Virus genome (UHGV): UHGV-0123274
From: a virus
DNA: 15,494 nucleotides
Strand: one strand, 5' to 3'
Under the pieces are notes generated by a model. It did not search any database. It was not told the origin of the DNA and worked only from the letters and a program-made list of their open reading frames with translations. Position 1 is the stretch's first letter. Every line of letters begins with the position of its first letter. This document shows positions 7,589-14,837 of this stretch, piece by piece. A program made the position numbers and the translations under genes.

Positions 7589-8517
7589 ATGATAAATCAA
7601 TGTTTAAAAATTGCGATAAACGCATTGATTTCATTCAAAAAGAAGTCGATGCAATGAAGCAAAACAAAACCAGGTCCTTTGCTGACATGCTTCTTTATCG
7701 CTCCATGGATTCTCATCTGAGCGATTTGAAGGCCGAAAAATTAAAGCAAGATAGTCGGCACCCACTTATCGATTTTTTTGAGCTGCGGCTGAAAGGCTCT
7801 GAGGTTGACTTTGGCTCTATTCCTTTAGAGCTGCTTGGGGCTATTTCAACAAATCTTGCAGCGCTAATACAAAGAGCAACACACAAAATTGCCTCAGGCA
7901 AGGACTCAAAAAAAGTTCCCTACGACGTGAAAAGCTCCTTAAACCTCAGGCTGGCTGATTTATCCCCTGGGTCTACAAAATTGGGCGTCACCTTCTCTAC
8001 AGGAATAGCAGAATTAGTAGAAACAGTACCCAGCAAGGCTGTAAAAGGCATATTCGATTTGTTGTTAAGCGATGACGACAACAACTTCATGAATCACGTC
8101 GCTGAAATTGGATACAATTCCACTGTAAGCCTTAAGAGAATCGTAGAGGAATGCGATAAACACAACTTAACATTTGATGCAAGTTGGACCGGTCCATTTA
8201 GTAATGGCACCAAGGTGGCAACTATTGACTCCAATAAAATTAAGTACTTGGTGAGTAGACTTACATCAACCATTTCATCCCCTCCCATTACTGAAACGGT
8301 TACAGGCGAACTGGTCGTTCTATCCAAATATGGGAAGCTGGAGCTTGATGTTGGTGGTGAACATTTAAAGGCTTCCTATCCGATTGAAATGCTAGATTTA
8401 ATACAAAAAAAACACAAGGTCGGACAGATTGTTTCTCTTTTAGTGGAGACTACTGAGATTCACAATGATCGCATAGGTCTGTACCGTAAAAACCATCTTG
8501 TTAAATCGGTTCTTTAA
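7585..8517 (+). CDS. Hypothetical 310-aa protein, second gene of rexAB-position cassette; no confident domain
   Basis: ATGA overlap with upstream gene, GAGGA RBS; soluble-looking, no obvious TM segment; AT-rich. Confidence 0.75.
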   Translation: MNDKSMFKNCDKRIDFIQKEVDAMKQNKTRSFADMLLYRSMDSHLSDLKAEKLKQDSRHPLIDFFELRLKGSEVDFGSIPLELLGAISTNLAALIQRATHKIASGKDSKKVPYDVKSSLNLRLADLSPGSTKLGVTFSTGIAELVETVPSKAVKGIFDLLLSDDDNNFMNHVAEIGYNSTVSLKRIVEECDKHNLTFDASWTGPFSNGTKVATIDSNKIKYLVSRLTSTISSPPITETVTGELVVLSKYGKLELDVGGEHLKASYPIEMLDLIQKKHKVGQIVSLLVETTEIHNDRIGLYRKNHLVKSVL

Positions 8518-8524
8518 TATCTCA

Positions 8525-8550
8525 CCCGGCCACCGCGCCGGGTTTTTTAT
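8525..8550 (+). terminator. Intrinsic terminator after the cassette (tImm-like)
   Basis: Hairpin cccggc-caccgc-gccggg followed by tttttt; resembles the lambda terminator after rexB as recalled. Confidence 0.7.
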
Positions 8551-8764
8551 TGTCCGCCGATCACTATCAGGACAGCACCTGCCAGCCGGTCCAAACAATT
8601 GATTAAATTACTATAATTCTTAATACAACTCCCATATCCCGCCATCTCGCCACCACCACCTTCGCTCGTTTTTCGAACTTTTCAGCACCCATCCTGCTGT
8701 TGCCACCGACTTAAGTAAGCAAAACCATCGCGGGTAAAACTATTTACACAAAAAAATCATACAC

Positions 8765-8830
8765 ATAACGTGTCACACCTTTATTTTACACATTTTGTGA
8801 TTGACCATTAAATCACAATATGTGACTATC
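8765..8830 (+). promoter_or_regulatory. oL operator region and pL promoter
   Basis: -35 TTGACC (8801..8806), 17-bp spacer, -10 GACTAT (8824..8829); flanking palindromic sites acacattttgtgatt and tcacaatatgtga; downstream ATCAGCAGGACGC resembles the lambda pL start region as recalled. Confidence 0.6.
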
Positions 8831-8875
8831 ATTTCCATCAGCAGGACGCTGGTAGCCAAACGGAACATATTGGCA

Positions 8876-8917
8876 GGCTCTTTAACATTGATGGGATTGT
8901 CCCGCCGAAATGCGGGA
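8876..8917 (+). promoter_or_regulatory. nutL-like site (boxA plus boxB)
   Basis: GGCTCTTTAACA (boxA-like) then hairpin tcccgc-cgaaat-gcggga; boxB identical to the nutR copy. Confidence 0.6.
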
Positions 8918-9275
8918 ACTGAGTTTAACAAAACAGGAGGTGCCGTAATGGTGCACTAACGCGGTTAGACCGCAGCCGAAAGGCAATGCAGCAGTAATGA
9001 TGCTGCCCCGAGTCGCGTAATGGCGAGCAGGTTTAGCAGACCGATGTGAGGGTAAATAAGGGAACATGCTCCGGAAAGGCAGCGCGAATGCCAGACGCGC
9101 ACCGGTTATCAGCGGCTAATAAGCGACAGAGACTCAAGGGCATGAGCGCGCTCACTGCGAGAGTGTGAGTCAAAGAGTAGTTGGCTTTGGGGTGACGTGA
9201 AGTGCAGCTGCACGACGGCAACCGGAAGATAAGCACCCGGCGCGTCACCGCCAAAGTCAATCATCGGAGGTCAAC

Positions 9276-9548
9276 ATGACAGTAGTCATTACATATCTGG
9301 CTGACGATAACGCCAGAAATCGCCGCAGAGCACGCAGACAGGCTCAACGTGAACAGGCAATGCAAGAGCAGCGACTGGCACGAAAAATTGCGCTAAAGCT
9401 CTCTGGTTGCGTCAGAGCAGATAAAGCAGCATCACTCGGAAGCCTTTGCTGCAAGGAAGAAGATGAACGCAGTGGAAGTATTTGCCTGCCAAACGTAGCC
9501 ATTTACGCGGCAGGATACCGGAAATCAAAACAACTGACAGCGAGGTAA
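9276..9548 (+). CDS. N: N-type antiterminator with arginine-rich motif
   Basis: GGAGG RBS; N-terminal ARM NARNRRRARRQAQREQ; segment ARKIALKLSGCVRADKAASLGS resembles phage 21 N as recalled; first gene after pL/nutL. Confidence 0.7.
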   Translation: MTVVITYLADDNARNRRRARRQAQREQAMQEQRLARKIALKLSGCVRADKAASLGSLCCKEEDERSGSICLPNVAIYAAGYRKSKQLTAR

Positions 9549-9551
9549 GTG

Positions 9552-9776
9552 ATGAATCAGACATACATTCCATCATGCTTGAGAAATCTGCCAAAGCAGA
9601 AAGCAAAGCCCCGCAAGCAAGCCATAAAGGACGCTAAGGCAGAGGTTATTGATCAAGCAATACAATTGCTCAGGGAGGAGTTAAGAAGTGGCAAGCTCGA
9701 AGGAATGATGATGCCCTATCAGCGCGGATATCTATCGGCGATTAGTAAGTTGGAAGTATTGAAGAGTGAATTATGA
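9552..9776 (+). CDS. Hypothetical early-left protein, 74 aa
   Basis: ATG at 9552 with GAGG RBS immediately after the N stop. Confidence 0.5.
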   Translation: MNQTYIPSCLRNLPKQKAKPRKQAIKDAKAEVIDQAIQLLREELRSGKLEGMMMPYQRGYLSAISKLEVLKSEL

Positions 9777-9838
9777 ACTATCTGGAATTTCCGGATGGTT
9801 CATTGTTTTGGCAGCAAACCACTTATTTGAGGTGATAT

Positions 9839-10288
9839 ATGGAAGAACAAGCAAACAAGATTCTCGTAGAACTACTGCAAAAAGCCAGTAATGGAATAGA
9901 CGCGGCTGTTTCATTCAGCCAGGCACAGATTCCTGATGTTGTTCATCAGTTGCTGCTATGGAATATGGTTGACAGTCTGATTAAAACATTAATGGCCATT
10001 CTAACAATCCCACTGGTTTTCTGGTTTATGAAGAAGCAGTGCCAAAGAGTTGAGACAGGTAAAATCGGTGATGAAGGATATTCATGGGAGAAAGGAAATC
10101 CCAAATACATGCCGACAATGGTTTGGGATAGCAAAGGTGATATTAATCTTCTTATCATGCCATTGGTTGTAGTTTTGACTCTGTGGGGGATTTTTATTAT
10201 TGGTGTAGTAACCAATATGACTTGGTTAAAAATTTGGCTGGCCCCAAAGCTTTACCTTATCGAATATGCAGCATCATTGGTTAAGTAA
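9839..10288 (+). CDS. Small membrane protein, 149 aa, two predicted TM helices; possible superinfection-exclusion protein
   Basis: Hydrophobic stretches MAILTIPLVFWFM and LLIMPLVVVLTLWGIFIIGVV; GAGG RBS; followed directly by a terminator; AT-rich. Confidence 0.7.
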   Translation: MEEQANKILVELLQKASNGIDAAVSFSQAQIPDVVHQLLLWNMVDSLIKTLMAILTIPLVFWFMKKQCQRVETGKIGDEGYSWEKGNPKYMPTMVWDSKGDINLLIMPLVVVLTLWGIFIIGVVTNMTWLKIWLAPKLYLIEYAASLVK

Positions 10289-10292
10289 TTTC

Positions 10293-10317
10293 AGGCCGCA
10301 TAGTCGGCCTTTATTTT
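10293..10317 (+). terminator. Intrinsic terminator after the membrane-protein gene
   Basis: Hairpin aggccg-catagt-cggcct followed by ttatttt. Confidence 0.6.
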
Positions 10318-10340
10318 GGGCATAAACAACAGAGGTGAAT

Positions 10341-10628
10341 ATGAAAGAGTTTAAGGGTACGCCTGGTAAATGGAAGTACACGGTTAGAAACGTCAACGAG
10401 ATGATGACTACGTTCCATGGTGTGACGATTGGTGACACATACATTGAAGCAGCAACAAGAAATGAAAGGGAGGATGCGCTACTGATAGCGGCAGCACCTG
10501 ACCTTCTCGAAGCACTTCAGTTATTACTTAAGCAATCCAAAAATAGAACAACGACAACATATCCAGAATGGTATGAAGCTGTTAATAAAGGTCTTGCAGC
10601 AATCAGAAAAGCTCTTGGGGATAAGTAA
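10341..10628 (+). CDS. Hypothetical protein, about 95 aa
   Basis: ATG at 10341 with AGAGG RBS; the track ORF begins at an upstream GTG (10335). Confidence 0.55.
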   Translation: MKEFKGTPGKWKYTVRNVNEMMTTFHGVTIGDTYIEAATRNEREDALLIAAAPDLLEALQLLLKQSKNRTTTTYPEWYEAVNKGLAAIRKALGDK

Positions 10629-10816
10629 TGAAAGTAAAAATAACTGCTTCTAATACCAGTTTTGTTAGTGTTGGTGATATTACAGAAGTAATAACAAACC
10701 ATGATGGAACCCAAGTTATGTGGTCTGATTTTTGTAAAAGATATGAGCGAGTCACTTGGTGTAAACTCGTATGGGGCGTCGAATACGAAGAATTACCTGA
10801 AATGCATGACGAATAA
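10628..10816 (+). CDS. Hypothetical protein, 62 aa
   Basis: Start overlaps the upstream stop by one base (taATG); no recognisable motif. Confidence 0.45.
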   Translation: MKVKITASNTSFVSVGDITEVITNHDGTQVMWSDFCKRYERVTWCKLVWGVEYEELPEMHDE

Positions 10817-10911
10817 GCACTGTGTATTCATTCCAACGAGTGAATACACGGAGCAATGTCGCTCGTAACTAAACAGGAGCCGACTTGTTCTGATTATTGG
10901 AAATCTTCTTT

Positions 10912-10937
10912 GCCCTCCAGTGTGAGGGCTTTTTTAT
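10912..10937 (+). terminator. Intrinsic terminator upstream of cIII
   Basis: Hairpin gccctc-cagtgt-gagggc followed by tttttt. Confidence 0.6.
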
Positions 10938-11001
10938 ATGCATACCAATAACGCTTCACTCGAGGCGTTTTCGTTATGCAATCAAACAGAAGGAGCATCC
11001 T

Positions 11002-11172
11002 ATGCAACAGTTCGCTATTGCAGGGGCGGCATCGGTTCGCCCTTTCAACCCGATTTTATCGGTACAGCATTCACGAAAAAATATTTTAACCGGAGCAGAC
11101 TTTAAACAACCTCGCGTTAAGAGCTTGCTGGATCGTCTTGTTGAGTTTCTGAATCAAAAGGTACAGCCATGA
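11002..11172 (+). CDS. cIII: CIII-like protein (FtsH inhibitor that stabilises CII)
   Basis: 56 aa from ATG at 11002 with AGGAG RBS; MQQFAIAG...KSLLDRLVEFLNQ resembles lambda CIII (MQYAIAG...LIDILNQ) as recalled. Confidence 0.7.
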   Translation: MQQFAIAGAASVRPFNPILSVQHSRKNILTGADFKQPRVKSLLDRLVEFLNQKVQP

Positions 11173-11333
11173 AAAAACCAACTTACGAGGAACTGGAAGA
11201 AGCCCTGAAAGAGCTTAGAAGAATGGCTTTCGCCAGACGCACTAACTCTCACAACTGCGGCCCATTTCAGTACTCGGATTTATGCGAGGACATCATTGAG
11301 GTAACTCAACTGATTAAGGTCGTTAAGCAATGA
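11169..11333 (+). CDS. Small 54-aa ORF in the kil position
   Basis: ATGA overlap with cIII stop; product MKKPTYEELEEALKELRRMAFARRTNSHNCGPFQYSDLCEDIIEVTQLIKVVKQ; not in ORF track. Confidence 0.4.
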   Translation: MKKPTYEELEEALKELRRMAFARRTNSHNCGPFQYSDLCEDIIEVTQLIKVVKQ

Positions 11334-11414
11334 GTATTGCGGATACATGGTCAGACGAAGAATTCATTCGTCAGATGAACAAAATGCTCAATCAGCACAA
11401 AGAACAGGATAAAG

Positions 11415-11726
11415 ATGATGATTCTGACTCTGAATGATAAGCGTGAAATATCGCAAATAATCGCAAGTTTTACTGATGAAGATTACGAACGAATCAACAG
11501 TGAAGTTGATCGCCTCTGCAAACGTTGCGACCCAATAAGCGAAATGCTTCGCTCATATAAACCAGATGAACACACTAAGGACGCTATCGACTGGCTGGAA
11601 GATGATGACTGTAACTATCAGGAAAAAGCCGCTGAATGGTTCTGGGATGCAATAACCGAAAGAGTTAAGGCTGAATATGCCTTCGCAATATTCAAACGCA
11701 GACACATTTTTGGAGAAGCAGCATGA
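11415..11726 (+). CDS. Hypothetical protein, 103 aa, immediately upstream of recT
   Basis: ORF with ATGA coupling to recT at its 3' end; acidic, no recognised motif. Confidence 0.6.
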   Translation: MMILTLNDKREISQIIASFTDEDYERINSEVDRLCKRCDPISEMLRSYKPDEHTKDAIDWLEDDDCNYQEKAAEWFWDAITERVKAEYAFAIFKRRHIFGEAA

Positions 11727-12634
11727 GCAATATCGTTGAATTCGTTAAACAGCAAGAGCAGTTATTCTGCGGAGCATTGACTGAACAGACGGTGACATGG
11801 GCTAAGGAAAGCCAGTTTGCAATTCAGTATTTCCAGAAAAATGATTACCTGGCTAAAACTGCACTGGCAAATCCAACCAGCGCACAGAACGCCATCATCA
11901 ATGTTGCGGCGATCGGCATCACCTTAAACCCGGCTAGCAAACTGGCTTATCTGGTTCCGCGCGACGGCATGGTGTGCCTTGATATCAGCTATATGGGATT
12001 ACTACATATTGCAATGGAGTCTGGTGTTATCTCATGGGGTCAGGCAAAGCTTGTTCATGCTAACGATACTTATGAGTCAAACGGACTTGATAAAGCACCA
12101 ACCCATAAATACAACGCCTTCGGTGATCGTGGCGATATCGTTGGTGTTTACTGCACAGTTAAGACGCCAGCAGGTGATTATCTAACGGAAGAGATGAGTC
12201 TGGCTGAAATTGAGGCTGTAAGGAAAACAAGCAAGGCGGCATTCAGCGATAAAGGACCATGGGTAAATCACTGGAATGAGATGGCGCGAAAGACGGTCGT
12301 AAAGCGTGCAAGCAAGTATTGGCCTAAGGCATCACGTCTTGATAGTGCTATTCACGTACTAAACGAAGAAGAAGGTGTATGGACTGAACCAGTTATGCCG
12401 CACAAATCAGAGGAAGATATCCGCGAAGATGAACGGAAACGCCAGCAGGAAATAACGGATAAAGCACAACTTCTTTGTGATGAAATGGCTCAGGCTGAAA
12501 ACATGGATGATTTGAAGAGATATTTTGCAGAAGCATATCGCCTGACATCTGGAATGAAATTGCAGCAGAACATACAAGCCATTTACATAGAATGCAAAGC
12601 GAAACTGGAGGTTGCCAGTGAGCAAACTATATGA
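11723..12634 (+). CDS. recT: RecT-family single-strand annealing protein
   Basis: 303 aa; segment GPWVNHWNEMARKTVVKRASKYWP matches the conserved RecT core (GPWVTHWEEMAKKTAIRRLFKYLP as recalled); GGAGAAG RBS. Confidence 0.9.
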   Translation: MSNIVEFVKQQEQLFCGALTEQTVTWAKESQFAIQYFQKNDYLAKTALANPTSAQNAIINVAAIGITLNPASKLAYLVPRDGMVCLDISYMGLLHIAMESGVISWGQAKLVHANDTYESNGLDKAPTHKYNAFGDRGDIVGVYCTVKTPAGDYLTEEMSLAEIEAVRKTSKAAFSDKGPWVNHWNEMARKTVVKRASKYWPKASRLDSAIHVLNEEEGVWTEPVMPHKSEEDIREDERKRQQEITDKAQLLCDEMAQAENMDDLKRYFAEAYRLTSGMKLQQNIQAIYIECKAKLEVASEQTI

Positions 12635-13100
12635 AATTGCCAATGAATACGCAAAATTGATGGATTCAGATTTAGAACCAGAGATGATTGCTGACACAAT
12701 AGAAGGCATGGAAGGAGAATTTACCGATAAAATAGAACAACTTCTTTCCGTCATTAAAAATGAATCTGGTTATGCCGAACGCCTCAAGGAAGAGGCAAAG
12801 TCACTGAATGAGCGAGCCGCAGTAATTCAAAATAAGATTGACAGCATCAAATCATATATAGCGTCATCGCTTGAAATGGTTGGCAAGAAAAATATTCGAG
12901 CAGGTATTCACCAGGTAACAATCCGCAAACCGTCAGAAATTGTAGAAATAATCGACTCAAGCGCCCTTCCTCCTGAATACGTTGAGTTTGAAACGACAAT
13001 TAAAGCCGACAAACTGGCAATCAAGCACCAACTAAAAGCAGGAATAAATATTCCCGGTGCTCAACTCAAGGTTGGGGAACCTTCACTTCTTATCAAATAA
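12618..13100 (+). CDS. Recombination-module partner protein, about 160 aa, possibly Gp157-family (tentative)
   Basis: GTG at 12618 preceded by GGAGG; overlaps recT 3' end; coiled-coil-like composition; family call from memory only. Confidence 0.55.
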   Translation: MSKLYEIANEYAKLMDSDLEPEMIADTIEGMEGEFTDKIEQLLSVIKNESGYAERLKEEAKSLNERAAVIQNKIDSIKSYIASSLEMVGKKNIRAGIHQVTIRKPSEIVEIIDSSALPPEYVEFETTIKADKLAIKHQLKAGINIPGAQLKVGEPSLLIK

Positions 13101-13111
13101 CGGTATCGCCT

Positions 13112-13426
13112 ATGAAAAAGACTCCATGGGAGAAATGGGAAGTCGATTTCTTGCGCGAAGTATCGGCGACAATGCCAGTTGAAGTTATTGCTGAAAAACT
13201 GGAAAGGACTGAAAAATCAGTTATGGCGAAAGCAACAAGGATTGGCGCTGACATTGTTAGCCGACTTCGTGGAAGACGCTGGACAAGAGCCGAAGTATCA
13301 CTTTTCGGTAAGTTCTCCGCAGAAGAAATAGCAATTGCAACCTGCCGCTCAATTTATTCAGTAAGAGCTATGCGATACAAGCTAAAAAAACTCGATGAAG
13401 AAAGAGCAGGCATACGAATAAATTAA
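13112..13426 (+). CDS. Hypothetical protein, 104 aa
   Basis: Intact ORF in operon orientation; basic, possibly DNA-binding; no confident motif. Confidence 0.6.
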   Translation: MKKTPWEKWEVDFLREVSATMPVEVIAEKLERTEKSVMAKATRIGADIVSRLRGRRWTRAEVSLFGKFSAEEIAIATCRSIYSVRAMRYKLKKLDEERAGIRIN

Positions 13427-13442
13427 CATGGAGTAATTAACA

Positions 13443-13724
13443 ATGAAGCTAAACATCGACCTCGGAAAATACGTTATTACCGGAACCAAACACGATCTGA
13501 TTCTTAGCGAAAGAGGAATTATCAAAGAAGGCGAGAATGCAGGGAAAGAAACACTAAGTCGTATCGGTTATTACAGCAAGTTTGAGCATCTGGTCAAAGA
13601 GTTATGCAACCGTGAAATCCTGTTATCTCAGGCGCAGACGCTACAGGATATTCAGCAACATATCGAGACTTTAGCTGTGTCACTTAGCATGGCCGTTGAC
13701 CAGTTCGTGGAGAGTAAATCATGA
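13443..13724 (+). CDS. Hypothetical protein, 93 aa
   Basis: Intact ORF; coupled to the next small ORF via ATGA. Confidence 0.6.
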   Translation: MKLNIDLGKYVITGTKHDLILSERGIIKEGENAGKETLSRIGYYSKFEHLVKELCNREILLSQAQTLQDIQQHIETLAVSLSMAVDQFVESKS

Positions 13725-13885
13725 GAGGTCTTGCATACAATCCCGGCATTCTTCCGGCAGAAATGATTATTCGCCAACGCGTAAAGCCAATGCCATCGAG
13801 AGAGGAATTGCTTAAGAGAAATTCTTTTCCATCAGTGAATCAAAACAAGTATCTGAATGCGATGTTGCGGAGTGGGAAGAAATGA
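13721..13885 (+). CDS. Small 54-aa ORF bridging two coupled genes
   Basis: ATGA overlaps at both ends (13721 and 13882); not in ORF track. Confidence 0.4.
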   Translation: MRGLAYNPGILPAEMIIRQRVKPMPSREELLKRNSFPSVNQNKYLNAMLRSGKK

Positions 13886-14580
13886 AACAAATGACACTAA
13901 TTGAGATGGATGGATTTCTGAAAGGTAAATGCATCCCACGAGATTTAAAGGTTAACGAAACAAACGCTGAATATCTGGTGCGTAAATTTGCTGAGATTGA
14001 ATCAAAACTGGAAACGGCGTTGCGGGAGTGTCGTTCTGCTGGAATAACGATTGATAACCTTGAGGCCAAGTGCGCAGCGCTGGCTGCTGATAACAAGAAA
14101 GCAATGGAGGCAATGAGGCAGGCAGATGCAGCCGTTAAGTTGGCACACGAGAAGTTTTCGGCGCTGACTGCGGAGAATGCGGGGATGAAGGCGACATGTG
14201 AGGACCGTCGAACGTTCATTATGAACGGTGTGCAACTGGGTTATATCAAGGTTCCTACAGTAGATACAGACCCGGCACTTGATACCATTCGTGTTGCTGT
14301 ATCACCACAAGAACCAACCCCAGCCACCGACGCTTTCTTGGCTGAAGTGAAGACTGAAGCACGCAAGGAGGGCGCTTACTTTGTTGCGAACAGAATGCTG
14401 GCTGCCTGGGAAGCTGGTTTTATTGATGATACTGCGAAGAACGCCGCTGATATTGCCCGGATGATTCTTACCTCTACTGAGTTTATGGCTAATGCGCCGG
14501 AAGGCGATTTTGACCGCTCATTCTCTGATGGCGTACTCGAAGACATCGCTGCCCAGCTTCGCAAAGGAGTGCAGTCATGA
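13882..14580 (+). CDS. Hypothetical coiled-coil protein, 232 aa (possibly Ea22-like; low confidence)
   Basis: Alanine- and charge-rich helical composition; translational coupling on both sides. Confidence 0.7.
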   Translation: MKQMTLIEMDGFLKGKCIPRDLKVNETNAEYLVRKFAEIESKLETALRECRSAGITIDNLEAKCAALAADNKKAMEAMRQADAAVKLAHEKFSALTAENAGMKATCEDRRTFIMNGVQLGYIKVPTVDTDPALDTIRVAVSPQEPTPATDAFLAEVKTEARKEGAYFVANRMLAAWEAGFIDDTAKNAADIARMILTSTEFMANAPEGDFDRSFSDGVLEDIAAQLRKGVQS

Positions 14581-14837
14581 GCATTCTTGAAATTCTAAAC
14601 ACTGGCCTCGCTCTGATGGGGTGGTTATTCATCATGTTCAAAACGGGCCAGTGGTTTATCTCCATTGCGCTAAAGCAGTGGGATAAGCGTAGAAAGCTAT
14701 CTCGTAGACAGAAGGCAGTAAACGAATTTTACGATGCGTTTGACCTGTCCAGCATCGAACCAGGAACAACGGTGCGCCTGGCGACTAAAGGCGATCTGAC
14801 AATCATGATGTATCGCACAGAAGGATCCGCCCAATGA
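14577..14837 (+). CDS. Small single-pass membrane protein, 86 aa
   Basis: AAGGAG RBS, ATGA coupling; hydrophobic segment LALMGWLFIMF near the N-terminus. Confidence 0.6.
   Translation: MSILEILNTGLALMGWLFIMFKTGQWFISIALKQWDKRRKLSRRQKAVNEFYDAFDLSSIEPGTTVRLATKGDLTIMMYRTEGSAQ

Noticed and set aside
7185-8327. ORFs 7185..7379 (+), 7713..7901 (-) and 8094..8327 (-) inside the cassette
   Set aside because: Alternative-frame or antisense ORFs nested in the two cassette genes; no independent start signals.
7585-8517. Calling the 310-aa cassette protein a HEPN RNase or a PD-(D/E)xK nuclease
   Set aside because: Only a single Rx4H match and a loose D...ExxK pattern; these occur by chance and are insufficient without profile or structure support.
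8882-9260. Minus-strand ORFs 8882..9067 and 9033..9260
   Set aside because: They overlap nutL and the N leader antisense to the pL transcript; more likely chance ORFs in GC-rich structured sequence.
9773-9835. 20-aa ORF (MNYLEFPDGSLFWQQTTYLR) between the 74-aa gene and the membrane-protein gene
   Set aside because: Too short to call; may be a coupling leader peptide, reported only as a possibility.
9412-10714. Minus-strand ORFs 9412..9606, 9946..10215 and 10517..10714
   Set aside because: Antisense to plus-strand early-left genes that have RBSs and coupling.
10897-11001. N-terminal extension of the cIII ORF from 10897
   Set aside because: The extension spans an intrinsic terminator hairpin; ATG at 11002 has an AGGAG RBS and gives a lambda-sized CIII.
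11979-12754. ORFs 11979..12185 (+) and 12407..12754 (-)
   Set aside because: Nested in or antisense to recT and its downstream partner gene.
13812-14564. Minus-strand ORFs 13812..14219, 14002..14235 and 14376..14564
   Set aside because: Antisense to the 232-aa coupled gene; alanine/serine-rich translations typical of antisense frames.
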